A DNA stretch of 63,502 nucleotides, counting the filler, from Rhabdomonas costata (Eukaryota): NCBI GenBank assembly GCA_019059605.1. It is 37 parts of 37 records of this genome, joined end to end, with 100 filler letters (N's around TTAATTAATTAA, not from the genome) between each part and the next. Parts side by side here need not be neighbours in the genome. Positions count along the whole stretch, not along the records: positions 48,140 to 49,757 come from JAHMHO010011880.1; positions 49,858 to 51,474 come from JAHMHO010011881.1; positions 51,575 to 53,193 come from JAHMHO010011882.1; positions 53,294 to 54,911 come from JAHMHO010011883.1; positions 55,012 to 56,629 come from JAHMHO010011884.1; positions 56,730 to 58,348 come from JAHMHO010011885.1; positions 58,449 to 60,065 come from JAHMHO010011886.1; positions 60,166 to 61,784 come from JAHMHO010011887.1; 29 more parts are not named here. One strand, written 5' to 3'. A model generated the notes under the pieces. It was not told the DNA's origin, ran no database searches, and saw only the letters and a list, made by a program, of their open reading frames with translations. Positions 48,396 through 60,359 of the stretch are shown one piece after another (position 1 is the stretch's first letter; every line of letters begins with the position of its first letter). The translations under genes and the position numbers were made by a program.

Positions 48396-49757
48396 TCACG
48401 AGGACATCAGCTCCTCTGGTTTCCAGAACCTCTGAAAGTATCGCAGGGCCGCGTTGTTGCGCTCCCTTCGGCGGTGCCCCAGGTCTGGTGTGGAGAGCGC
48501 GAAGAGGTTCGGGAAGGGCCCGCGGGGGGAAGGGATGACGAACTTCGAGACGTTCTGCTGGCTGAGGTGCCCGCTGATCCATACATCATCGACGAAGGTG
48601 ATGTCGCGGGGGGTGTCGCGGAGGAAGTTCGCCACCACACGCATGTCCATCATGCTGGCACTGACGAAGTAGCCGTGGGTGGCGGTGATCACGCCAACCC
48701 GCTGAGGGGTATCCACTTCGGTGGAAAACACGGTGGGGCTGTTTGCCCTGTCCATTGGAAGTCCCATAAACGCGGAAATGATTTTGATGAAAACAATTGC
48801 AGACTAGGAGACCTAACATTGATCTTATAACCTGAACTGCTGGAGCTAACAACTTGGCGGGTTGGGGCTCACTATTCCTGACATGAGTTCGTTGACTGCG
48901 TCCCGGACTCCGTCTCTACGCTGAGATCTGGGGATTGGGGGGGGGGGCATTTTCGGCCCCTTAGGGCGGAGAACGTGCACTCTGCATATCGGGCTTATCG
49001 GGAAGCATGCCAAACTGCTCATGACCCATTGAAGGCGCAAAGCCCTGGGAGACCCACCTCTGCTCCCAATGCTCAGCTTTTGTTAGTCAAGCATACCCGA
49101 GCAGCTTCAGGTTGTGATCGGGGTCAATCAATCACTACAAAACATGGGTGAAACAGTACAACCTCAACAGGTCGACGACCCGTTCAAAACCAAACAAAGA
49201 AGCTTAACTTCAGTTGTGCGGTCAACCTTCCCTATAGTGGGAAAGACGAAAATGACAGAAAGTAAGACAGAAAGAAGGAAATACCACTCCAGATCCCGCG
49301 GGATGGGCCACCCCCGCAAGCACAGCGCCGCGCCTGGAGCGGCCAGGTGAAAGTTCCACAGCGTCTGCACGAACTCCGGGAAGTAGATCACGTCGTCATC
49401 CACCACGATGATCTTGGGGGGCCGTGGAAGGTGCGCCGTGTCCATCAGTGCCGGGATGTACTTCGTGGCGGGGCCGTAGTCCGCGTCCACCCACCGAATC
49501 TGCACATACGGGGGCTTCAGCAGCACCTCTGGGGGCTGATAGGGCTGCTGCTCTACTCGGCTGTGGGTGGGAAGGTACACCACCACAGGCGCAAACACAG
49601 TCTGGCGAAGCAGGGAGTTGATAGTGGGGCTGATCAAGCGAAGTCTGGAGGGGATCGACGTGAGGGAGATGAACACCTCCACATGGGAGAAGTCCAAGGG
49701 GCCGCGGGCTAAGCGAGGCCCCTGAAGACGGCGGATGACCCCCATCGGAGTGCTCGT
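48396..49757 (-). CDS. GT-A-fold glycosyltransferase (exons 49757-49285, 48747-48396; 5'-truncated)
   Basis: ISLTSIPSRL...SLLRQ...DYGPATKYIP...IIVVDDDVIY...FVDDVWISGHL, with a DxD motif and a phase-2 GT-AG intron. Confidence 0.85.
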
Positions 49758-50273
49758 NNNNNNNNNNNNNNNNNNNNNNNNNNNNNNNNNNNNNNNNNNN
49801 NTTAATTAATTAANNNNNNNNNNNNNNNNNNNNNNNNNNNNNNNNNNNNNNNNNNNNATCCAGAAGAAGCAGAAGAAGCATTAGGTGGGGGCTCTTGAGA
49901 CTCCTCCCAGGGGTTATTCGCATGATAAGATGATGAGGTATTGTGTTTGGGGTCTTTGCACGCGGTGTCGCGGATGCCGATGCCGATGCCGATGCTTTGC
50001 TGTGATTCAGGGGCGGTTGATGTGATTCAGGCGCGCTGTTTGTTGAACTGTCGCCGAGCCTTGCTCGGCTTCAATGCCGCCTCGCTCCCTGTCCGAAAGC
50101 AGCTTCTCGACCCGTCCTCTTCCTATGGCGATAGGCGATTGTGTTTTTACCGAGAACTCACCCAAACAACATACCGCGTAGTACCGTGTGTTTTCGTGTG
50201 ATAGGTGCCCCCTTATGCTTTGATGGTGATGGTTTGTGTTGTGGCGGGTGTCCTGTGGCGCATTTGATGACAG

Positions 50274-51007
50274 CGCAACTCCCCTGAGCAGCTTAAGCAA
50301 AGGTTGCAGGAGGCCGTGACGCAGGCTGAGGTCACCTCTGACAAAACAGCTGAGGCTTTTCATGAGGTAGGCGGGCACAGGATGTTTGTTTGTCGGGATC
50401 GTGTAGTCTCATCTCTATTGCGCTGCGGCTTTAATTTTTACTGTGCCTTATATCTGAGCAGTTTTCCAGACTTTTGGTGCCTGAAGCGCCTGAGTGTATG
50501 TTTAGGGGTAATCCCAAAACCCTTTGAGCTGGATATGGAGGCGATTGAAGAAATAGGGCAGCCCAAGGCAAGAACTCTCCCAAGGCTTTTCCTGTGCCAG
50601 GGTGGAAGCCAGAACCATCTGCATTCCGCTCAGTGACAGGAAAAGCCTTGGGAGAGTTCTTGGCTGTTTTCGGCAATATTACCCGTGCTGGCCATTGAGA
50701 CTTATAGGTGAAGTGGACCTGTCTCGGGTGGTAGAAGGTCACTTTTGATGTTCCCCTTTTAAAACCGCCGAGGATTGCTTTGCAAGTTGTCCATGTGACC
50801 ACTGGTTTTTGCTCATATGCCAAACTTGTTTCCATCCGATATCTCTGTTTCGTGCAATATTTTGCTTTGCCGCTTTTTGTGGTTCAGGGAAAGATTGATG
50901 CGAAGACCTTTTTGACGGACTACACGGAGCAGCGTGTGTTGTACCATATGCGAAGGGCAAGGCTGGAGCACTTTGACACAAATATGGCGGCTGGAGGACT
51001 TCCTTAG
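50274..51007 (+). CDS. VPS37: ESCRT-I subunit VPS37 (Mod(r) domain), last two exons (50274-50366, 50888-51007)
   Basis: RNSPEQLKQRLQEAVTQAEVTSDKTAEAFHE|GKIDAKTFLTDYTEQRVLYHMRRARLE matches the Mod(r) C-terminal pattern. Confidence 0.8.
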
Positions 51008-51662
51008 GAAGTCGAAAAGCAGGACATTGAGTTTTCTTAAGCGACTTGCGTCTTTGCCCCATTGGTTGACTTTCCTCGTGCATTTTGCCGTATCCTGATT
51101 GAACTCTTTTGTTAGCATCGGTTCTTCGTCGGCTACTGGTGGTTACCTCCCGTGACGGGTTCAGTGCTTCATTTTCTGGTGACACCTCGGCCGTCGTACG
51201 CAAATAATACTGGGTATCCTAGGTCTTCAAGTTCTCCCTAGGAAGTAGTGGGCGGGGTACCGTGCTACCAGGAAGCCACTGGCACTTGCGTTTGCCCGTT
51301 TTTTACAAAGTGGGTGAGCGATCCAGTGATTCAAGTGGATGATCCGCAGGGGGTTAGGTGGCACTGCACGTAGTCCCTGGAATCACAGTGGAAGGAGGAA
51401 TCCAGGATGTCCGGGGGCTCAAGCCGAGGTACTTGGCTTCAAACGGGTACCACTGCAACCGCGCACCCCCCACANNNNNNNNNNNNNNNNNNNNNNNNNN
51501 NNNNNNNNNNNNNNNNNNTTAATTAATTAANNNNNNNNNNNNNNNNNNNNNNNNNNNNNNNNNNNNNNNNNNNNTTTGTTGGTGGGTCGCAATGTTATGA
51601 AGTGGAATGGAATGTGGATTATGGGGTGGGGTTGTGGGTGGTAGGGCTGTGAGCATCGCGAG

Positions 51663-53165
51663 GTGGCGCAAGGGTGTGCGGTGGACGGGCAGTGGGAGGG
51701 TGTGGTGGCGCTGCTGGCTGTGCCTGGGCTGGAGCTGTGGGCGGAGGTGTTGCACTGTGCCGCGAGGCTGGGCGCCCCTCAGGCTGTACTGCAGGCCCTC
51801 CTCGCCGAGAGAGCCCCGGTGACCTACAAGGCACTCTCTGCGTGCCTGCATGCCATTGTGCCAATGCGTGTGCCTTGGATGTCGAATGCGTGTTAGACTG
51901 CGCAAATGTGGTTGTGGTCGTGCCTTTCGTTGCCTGTGTGTGGGCACGAGCCACGATGAGTTACGAGGTGCTTTGACTCGGAAAACCTCTGAGAATGAGA
52001 GGGACGCCGTTCTGATGATACCTCTGCCTTTGTGGACTGTACTCCTGAAGAACAGCGTGGGATGGATCATCTCCGGAGACCTTAAAACCACTCCCGTGGA
52101 CACATCATCCGAAGAAAACCCAGCTTTGCGGATGCGCAAAAGATATTGTCTGTGGGTGAGCTTCGCTTGAGCTGTACCGGCAACACAGCTCATCTCTCCA
52201 CAATCGAAGAAGGGACTGTCAAAAAAGGAACTGTTTGGGGGTTCATTTCTTACTTTCACTCACTTCCCAGTGCGTCTTCCCGCATGCAACTTTCCGGCAT
52301 AAGCGGCTTGTACCACTCATTGTGAAGAAAGCTCAGGGGACAATGCGATACCCACTGACAGTTTTCGCAACGGCAGTCCGAACAGCCAGCAACGGAGGGA
52401 AGCCCCAATGCCGCTTCTCTATGAAGATCGTTATCTCCCGCGTCATTCTTCCTAGGACGCTTCTGGGCTCGTGCCGTTGGCCGTGGCCATGGCTGCCCAC
52501 AACGACACCGCCTGTGCAGTGCTTGCCCGGCCTACTTTTGCTGCGGAGGCAATGTCCCCGAATGACGTCTTCGACGAAGCGACGGGCTCGACGATGCTCC
52601 ACCATGCCGCTCATCACGACATGGCCGAGTTTGTGACCGTTTTGCTGGAAAATGGGGCGAATGTTACTATAAAGGTGTGCTGTGCTTCCTGGAGTGCGGT
52701 GGGAAGGCCGTGCGCTAGCTGCATTTTGAGCATGTTTGTGATGTGATGAGTACAGACTAGGCCTGAAAGGTGCCAATGAAGTGTTCTGAGAGGATGAGAG
52801 GGCACCTACCTGTGACTCCGCTACCATCGTTGACGCCCGTGCGCTGGTCGCCCTCATCGTGCACTCTGAATTGTGGCAGCCTATTATATGAATTGCATTC
52901 CTCGTTGGATTTTTGCTTCCCACCTCAAGCCGTAGTCTTCCTCGCTTACCCTTACAAACATTTCTATTCCACTTCCTGCACATGGCTCTAAGGACGCCTC
53001 TGGACGTGTGCCCCTGGCCGTGGGATTGGCGCACTTCTCCGACTCCGCCTGTGCATTGCTGGCCGGGCCCACTTTCGCGGCGGAGGCGATGGCCCCAAGC
53101 GATGTGCTGGACCCCTCCACGGCCACCACGCTGCTCCACCACTCTGCCGAGCACGACATGCACCG
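51663..53165 (+). CDS. Ankyrin-repeat protein (exons ~51663-51830, 52456-52674, 52993 to about 53165)
   Basis: LHCAARLG...LLAERAPVTYK|DASGLVPLAVA...TMLHHAAHHDMAEFVTVLLENGANVTIK|DASGRVPLAVG...TLLHHSAEHDM. Exons 2 and 3 are paralogous. Confidence 0.85.
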
Positions 53166-54065
53166 CACCACCAACCACCAAACACCCCCAAAANNNNNNN
53201 NNNNNNNNNNNNNNNNNNNNNNNNNNNNNNNNNNNNNTTAATTAATTAANNNNNNNNNNNNNNNNNNNNNNNNNNNNNNNNNNNNNNNNNNNNGGTGTTT
53301 GGTCGAAGCTCCGCAAGACGGTCCATTTTTACTCAAACCACAGCAACCACAGTGCGACCTGCACCAACGGCCCTTCCTGCGGTGAGCCCTGCAAAGCGGG
53401 CAGCCACCGCTGTTGCCGAAAACAAAGTGCGGAGGGATATGGGGAGCCGGTCCGGACAATGTTTAGTGCCAAAGCATTGGAGCCCTGAGAAGGGCCCACC
53501 GCCCCTCCGTGCAAAGAAAAGTCGAAAGGGGTGGGGGTGGAGGGAAATGGGTCGAAGGAAGCACACACGCTCACAAAAACGATCTGAGAATACAAACAAT
53601 GGCGCCTTAAAACCACTTGAAATGAAAAGGTTACAATTCTAATTTGACGACAAAGTCCAGTCGCATGGCAAATGCCCTGGGCAAAGTCTACCCCGCAGTG
53701 AAAACCGCTCAGTTCCAGATTTACAAACATTCAAAGGGATGGACTAACAACCACCATTCAGCCGGTAAGTGCGGGCAGATATGTGGATATGCATGCAAGG
53801 TCTCTCTTGGGATTTAATCTTGTACTCCCCCCTGAATGTTACGGTACCCCAAACTGGCTGTTCCTCCACACATGAAGGGACACTTTCACAACCTTGCCAC
53901 GTGCACTGGACTAAAGGTTAACTATGAACCCCATCCTACAGCAGAGTGTCGGCAATCCTCACTCCTGTCCAGTCTTCGTTCACCCTTCCTCGTTCGCCGT
54001 CCCTTCACCGCTGCCAGCCATCTCCCCTTCAGGCAGCGACTGTCCAGCGAGAGCCTGAGCATCAG

Positions 54066-54226
54066 TGCACCCCGCTGCACCAGAGGCCGCAGAGGGCTCC
54101 TGCTCCTCCACAGCCACCCCCGGGAGCCTGGAGGGGACATACCTGGACCAGGTGCTGCAGTACGTCCGAAGGTTGTTCGAGCACACCAAGTCCGCCATCA
54201 ACACCTCCCTGGCGTATTCCTCTCAG
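54066..54226 (+). CDS. Possible internal exon of a hypothetical protein
   Basis: GC-rich frame ...SLEGTYLDQVLQYVRRLFEHTKSAINTSLAYSSQ ending at CAG|GTGAGG. The acceptor is uncertain. Confidence 0.35.
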
Positions 54227-57200
54227 GTGAGGGCTGGTGCACTTTTTCGCTAGAATGGGGTTTTGTTTTGCGTCAAGTTTGCATTTTGCATGTGCTCAAT
54301 CAGCAGGGAAGCGGATGAGATTGTGCTATAGGGGCTTCAGCCTGGGTTGAGTTTTTGATATCCGCAGCATCGAGTGGAGCACGTTGCCGCTCACTTTGGC
54401 TCGTTTCGGAGGCCTTAAGTTTCGGAGCACTGAAGCGCCTGCGTTCTTTGTAGTTAACTCCTGACTTCGGCAGTTAACTGCCCTGCGTATACTCAGTTTA
54501 CGAGGTCGTTATCAAGAGTGTGCCTGAGAGTTACCACCAGACTTTCAGCATGTCCCTTCTTTTAGGAACACGCTGCAGACGTGCGCAAGACGTGCAGACG
54601 TTCACCACCACTCACCGGCATTGCTTTGAAGTTTTCTATTCACCAAAAGAGTTCTACGACGCCCCTGCCCCCTCTTCCACGATATGTGTGGGTCTATGGC
54701 TCCATTGAAGTGAATTTCAAACAGGGAAATCGTGCGCCTTATTTCACCGCCTTGGTCTTTTAAATGAGAGGTTTGAGCGACAATGACGTCACCGCCGCTT
54801 TTTGTTTGAATGACCTCCCCAATACCCTGCGCCTCCCAAAGGTTGCCATTCCCCGGCTGCAGCAGAGCTTTGTGAGGCGCAGGGTATTGGGGAGGTCATT
54901 CAACCAAAAAANNNNNNNNNNNNNNNNNNNNNNNNNNNNNNNNNNNNNNNNNNNNTTAATTAATTAANNNNNNNNNNNNNNNNNNNNNNNNNNNNNNNNN
55001 NNNNNNNNNNNTTTTGGTTGTATTCTCCTTTGGGTTTGCCCTTTGTTTTATGGATCAGTCGATTGTCCCACGTGCCCCCCTCATAAACTGAATGATGCAC
55101 CTATTTCTTGCCCTTTGGCTTCTGTGCATCGTCTTTCTTGCTTCTGCGTGTGTGGTGTTCTCCCCGTGCGTTGCCGTGGTGGGCTTTGGCTTTTTCTCCC
55201 TGGTGATGCCCGCGCTTTGGCGCGAGACTTGCGGCTTGCCCCGCTTTTTTCCCGCGCCACGCGCCCCCTTTTTATGCCCTCCCCTGTGCCTGCGGCCGCT
55301 TCCTTAAGACCCTGTGTACCCCTATTTGTTTACCCCCCTTCTTCCTATCCAGCCTCCTGTTTCCCTTGGGCTCTCCGCGTTTTCCCAACAGTGTGGTCCG
55401 CGGTGTTACCCCAAATGCCCCCTTAGATGCCTTGAAAAAAATACGCGTTCCGTTTGTTGACGGCGCTATAAAGACGTTGTTTTTGCACTCTGTTTTCCCG
55501 TTTCATGGACGCGCGCTCTTCCTTTCCAATGTCCAGATGCAAATTTTAAATGTGCAAAGTTAAAAAGGGATGGATGTGAAACATAAAGTATATTTTGATC
55601 CAGTTTTGAAAGTGTCGTGGTGTCATCGTGACATTGCCGCCCTCCGCCAATTCCGCGGCTTATGTTATTGCCGAAACAAACGGTCGGTAAAAGCACGTTT
55701 GCCCCATTTGACGTCGCTCGGACTTTGCGCCCAAAAAACGGGAAAGGCCCGACTGAGAAATATCTTGACCCAAGCAGAACGAGGCAAAAGACCAAAAGAA
55801 CCCCCATACTAACTATGTTTTGGCCCTCTTTACTCAAAAGCGTGATTTTACCCTACCTCTTCTGAAACTTCGCCGCTTGCAAAATGAAATTTGAAATACC
55901 GTTGCTCAGCACCGCGTCTACAAACAGGTTCCAGCCACGGCAAGGAAGTCAGAAGTCAGCTGGGGTCAATCCACTCTACAAACAATGCAGGAGGTGGAGG
56001 AGAACCTGAAGGCTTGATGCTGTTCAGCATGGCGGCGGCAACAGATGGGGCCACGTTGTGGGTGTTGGAGGAGTCTGGCCTCACCGTCACAACATACTCT
56101 GTGGGAGGGAGGGAGATGGGACAGCGCGCGGTAGGCAATATACACGCATGATCATGGTGCCCCCGAGTTGGTCTTGCGCCATTCTACAAAAGAATAAACA
56201 CGCTTGAAGGGGCTGCTTGCAGTTGTGGCTCGTCGAATTGTAATCTGCGTTTTCCGCTTTTTTTTTCATGCCATTTTTAGGAGGTTTTCGTTTTTTTGTT
56301 CGAGGGGCTGACCCCTCTACCACTGGGACGACTGAGTTCTTCCAAATTTTGGACTCGATTAACACCATCAAGGTCTCCGAGAATGACAAATGAGCTGCGT
56401 CGCTGAGCACGGCACTCCCAGCGCAGGGCCTAACATCGGGCGTGTACGCATCGCCTCCGAATGCGCGTCCCAGTGCGTGTGCCCCTCTTGGTACTTGGAT
56501 CCTGATGCGTGTATGCTCTCTTGAGAGTCCGGATTTTGCCCGTGCGGCCCTGACCGCACTGCCATCCCTCGGAATCCGGATTTTTTTGCACGTTTGTCTT
56601 TTCCTACTGGTGGCGACCCCCACCAAACCNNNNNNNNNNNNNNNNNNNNNNNNNNNNNNNNNNNNNNNNNNNNTTAATTAATTAANNNNNNNNNNNNNNN
56701 NNNNNNNNNNNNNNNNNNNNNNNNNNNNNGAGCCGGTTCCGGTTCCCCATGGCATCGTACGCTGCAACGGCACCTCTCGCGAGCACCCGTGGCCAACAGC
56801 GCGTGCTCCCGTCAGTCCGCAGTGGTCACCAATAACCAGGCAACCAGGCAACAGCCAGAGTTTAATGTGCCGAAACACACAGGTAACGTGGAAATCCTCT
56901 GGAAAGCAGTGCAGAAATAATTAGTCTGAATGTGCCACCTCCAAAACTGACTTTGCAGCTGACTGCGTTGAAGTGTATATCCCAGGAAGCGGTAAACTAG
57001 AAAGGAAGATGCCGGTTTTAGGCAGGTCGGAAGGGGTTTTGAAATAATTGCAGCATTTGTCGCATGTTACTATGGCAAGAACGTGGAAAAAACTCTGCAT
57101 TAATGGAAATGGACAGAAGCAGTGTGGTACAGGAGCATTGTAGATCTAAAGAGTCCCACCAGGCTGAGAAGCCAGTTGGATTTGGCGAGCTAGACACGCA

Positions 57201-57879
57201 GATACAGGAGGCACAGCAATTATCAGTTTTCCTTCCAGCTTACATGTGCCAGAATTTTCTTGCGAGATAATGTACGGCACAAGAGATGGCAGCAATTCTG
57301 AATAATACGTACGACTCATAAGATTGTAATAATACGTGAGAGGAGATCCGCGAATAGATGAGGCGTGAATCTGAGAAATAATAGAAGTAAAACTTAAAGA
57401 AAAGGGCCCAAATGTGTTTGTCAAGTCAGGAGCTGAAGATGGCGATGGAGCAAACAAGACAACGACTACAATACACAGGAAGCGTTGGCTGTAATATTGC
57501 AAAAATATCTTGTGTCATTAAAGCGCAAAGTCGATCTCATACTAAGCAATACTGGCAAGCCTATCTACTGGATAGTGTGGTTTGCCAAGGAATTTGCCGG
57601 TTAAATCATACCGCAGCTACAAAACGTTGCAGGAAAGCAACTCAGTACAGTAGACTCTCAGTAATAGTAACAAAGCTCAGATACTTGATCAACAAGGCAC
57701 TCCGAGCAGCACGAGACACGCTGATTAGAATGCAGAAATTTAGCATCAAATTACCTTGAAAGCACCAACCCAGACAACAATATGTGCATCACAAAAGTAG
57801 ACTGAGGCCAGAACATAATGAATCGCTGCAGTCTAGAAATCAAGTAGGAGAAGCGGAACAGGAAATAAGCAAAGAATCT

Positions 57880-58260
57880 CATCAAAGTAAGCCCGAGAAA
57901 ACAATTCAATTGGTACCGCAATGTAAACAGGCGCACTAACAGGAATCCAATACTTTTGAGTCAGAGGACGCACCAATATGGAGAATAACCGCGACATTGA
58001 CATCGATCACAAAATAATATCGAGGCCAGCACATGAGTAATAGATGCAGTCGAGAAATCGAGGACTCGGAGAAGAAGAAAAGCAGGAAAAATAAGAATCT
58101 CAGCAATAATAGACCACTAACAATGGAAAATTAGGACTGCAATGTGCACGTGTGCGCCGCCATTAAGCGGCATGTACTTTGTGTAATCGGACGAAACAAG
58201 ATGTAGAAGTAAAGACAGCAACATGTGAAGCAAGAAAGAGTACCGATGCAAAATGGTAAA
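57880..58260 (+). mobile_element. Tentative heavily decayed non-LTR (LINE) reverse-transcriptase relic
   Basis: A-rich strand with KNKNLSNNRPLTMEN*D (cf. NyRPIsLlNxD) and downstream RKSTDA (cf. grStxd). Many stops. Confidence 0.25.
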
Positions 58261-58485
58261 GCACCTTAACCAGATATTCTATAAAGGAGAAACTGGCAAG
58301 TAGAAGAGAGAACATTTTACTTGCACTGTATTTACCACCCCCACACCCNNNNNNNNNNNNNNNNNNNNNNNNNNNNNNNNNNNNNNNNNNNNTTAATTAA
58401 TTAANNNNNNNNNNNNNNNNNNNNNNNNNNNNNNNNNNNNNNNNNNNNGGTTGGAGAGAGAAAGGGAGCGGGTTGGGATGTGAAC

Positions 58486-58702
58486 CTCTCATTCTCGAGC
58501 TTCGCGGTGACGGCCAGGAGCTCCTCGCGGTACCGCTGGAGGTCTGCGGAGCTGCCCGCGCCCCCGGCCATTCGGGTGCCGGGGGCGGGCTGAGGGGTGC
58601 CCCGGATCTGCTGCGCGACAGTCGCGAAGTGCAGCGTGGCGCGGGACTCCTTGTGGTCCGTCGGGGCCAACGTGCAGATCAGCACGGTCTGGGAGTTTCC
58701 CC
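58486..58702 (-). CDS. Kinesin motor-domain C-terminal exon and neck
   Basis: GGNSQTVLICTLAPTDHKESRATLHFATVAQQI followed by a coiled coil, flanked by CAG and GT. Confidence 0.88.
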
Positions 58703-58809
58703 CTGAGAGGTGTGGGACGGAGAATGGGGAGAGGACGCAGTGGAAAAACTGCGCCAACTAAATCCTGTCCGATCACCGACAGCAAAAATTCAGAACTGAC
58801 CCACGCGGC

Positions 58810-60065
58810 GGCGGTAGCTGAGGGCTGTGAACAACTTCGGCTGAAGAATGCTAAAGCGGCGAAGTAATTTGTACGCCCACTGAAGTTCGTGAGTGGAATT
58901 TGGTAAAGAATAGTAAGTCTCGCCGTTTCATAAGATCTTATTTTTTTTAAGAAAAAAGTGTTAAAAACCATGCATAAAACTTCATCCTCTTCCTCATTGA
59001 CATCGTAAATTTGTACAAATATGTCAACGCTCCGACAAAATTCGTGAAAATTCGTTTTAAAAAATTCGTCAAAAATCACGAAAAATTCGTATAAAAAATG
59101 AAGTGAAGTTCGTATAAAAATTCATGAAAATTGAAAATAGATTCCGACAAAATCGAAAGTTTGGTCGAAATTTGAAAAACTCGTGTAAAAATCGCCCAAA
59201 AGTTTGAAAATTGTTATAAATTGTTATGACTTAACTGCACTAATGTACCTTTGCCTACCTTTGGGATAAGTTATTTTTTCTCGCAGGGGGTTAGGGTGCC
59301 ATGCACGTACGGGGCTCCGCCCCCCCAGCAACTTTCCGGGGTTGGGGAGCGATGCACAGGTACTTCTTTGTCGTTCGTTGCAGACAATGTTTACTCTTTT
59401 TGACCTCGAAACACTTTGTAACAACCCGAAGAAGTTATCTGCTTTTTTGAAGAAAAATGGCATGTTATGTGAACCTCCTGACTGTTGCTCTAGCTGTGGG
59501 GGCCATGTTACTGAAGTTCGGGATTTCAGAGGCAAGCCGGCTGTGAAGTGCAAGAGGAAGGGGTGCCAGATTTGGATCCCTTGCTCCATGAACTCACTTT
59601 TGGAAGGCTGTAGACTCTCTCATAAGCAAGTTCTGTACTTGTTCTACTACTGGGCTCATGACTCGGCTGAACAAGGACAAGGTGCTGTGAATATGCCGAG
59701 ATACAGGTCACCTTATATTGGAGCGAGATACACGTCACCTTTTATTGGAGGTGTTCGACAAGTGGCAAAAGGGCGACAATATCGAACGCCGCTTCGGACC
59801 CCCAAGTGTGGATGATGTGGAGGAGCTGTGCCTGAATTATATTGCCAAAGCCTCTATTCACTTCACTGATGGGGCTAGATGCTACGACGTTATCTCCAAG
59901 AAGGCTGGCTACCATCATGCCTACTGCCTACGTTGACCGTGGGTCTGGCCAGTATGCCAAGGATGCAACTATTGCTGGGTGCAACATGAGAGTGCACACC
60001 AATGGAATTGATGGCTGCTGGGGCCGCTTGAAGACGTGGCTGAATGCTCGTGGGGGAGTGAAAAA
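58810..60065 (+). mobile_element. Merlin (IS1595/ISXO2-like) DNA transposon, decayed, right end beyond the contig
   Basis: Candidate left end GGCGGTAGCTGAGGGCTG at 58810, an AT-rich subterminal region with repeated AAAATTCGT-like units, then the transposase relic. Confidence 0.75.
59387..60065 (+). pseudogene. Merlin/IS1595-family DDE transposase pseudogene
   Basis: N-terminal zinc ribbon CSSC...CKRKGC, then SIHFTDGARCY...GYHHA(Y)V and VHTNGIDGCWGRLK. Spread over three frames. The first catalytic Asp block appears deleted. Confidence 0.85.
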
Positions 60066-60173
60066 NNNNNNNNNNNNNNNNNNNNNNNNNNNNNNNNNNN
60101 NNNNNNNNNTTAATTAATTAANNNNNNNNNNNNNNNNNNNNNNNNNNNNNNNNNNNNNNNNNNNNGGGTTTGG

Positions 60174-60359
60174 TGCAAGCTAATGACATTTCGTCATCAC
60201 GCCCACGGCCTCCACCACATTTTACACGACTGACCTATGCACACAAAACACGCGCAAATCTGAGAACGCCCAGGTTTGCGCGTGTTTTGTGTGCATAGGT
60301 CAGTCGTGTAAAATGTGGTGGAGGCCGTGGGCGTGATGACGAAATGTCATTAGCTTGCA
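60174..60359. repeat. 85-bp perfect hairpin at a contig start (probable fold-back artefact)
   Basis: 60174-60258 is the reverse complement of 60275-60359, with a 16-nt spacer. Confidence 0.9.

Noticed and set aside
329..49757. Apparent glycosylation cluster (TMEM260, carbamoyltransferase, glycosyltransferase, surface proteins)
   Set aside because: Each lies on a separate contig of near-identical length, so there is no physical linkage.
49858..49884. Upstream VPS37 exon ending in an in-frame TAG (stop-codon reassignment)
   Set aside because: Only 27 nt at a contig edge with unknown frame. TAG acts as a normal stop in VPS37 and the helicase.
60174..60359. 85-bp perfect hairpin as a miRNA/siRNA precursor or hairpin telomere
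   Set aside because: Zero mismatches, a tiny self-priming loop and an arm ending in a primer-like G/T tail fit an amplification fold-back artefact.
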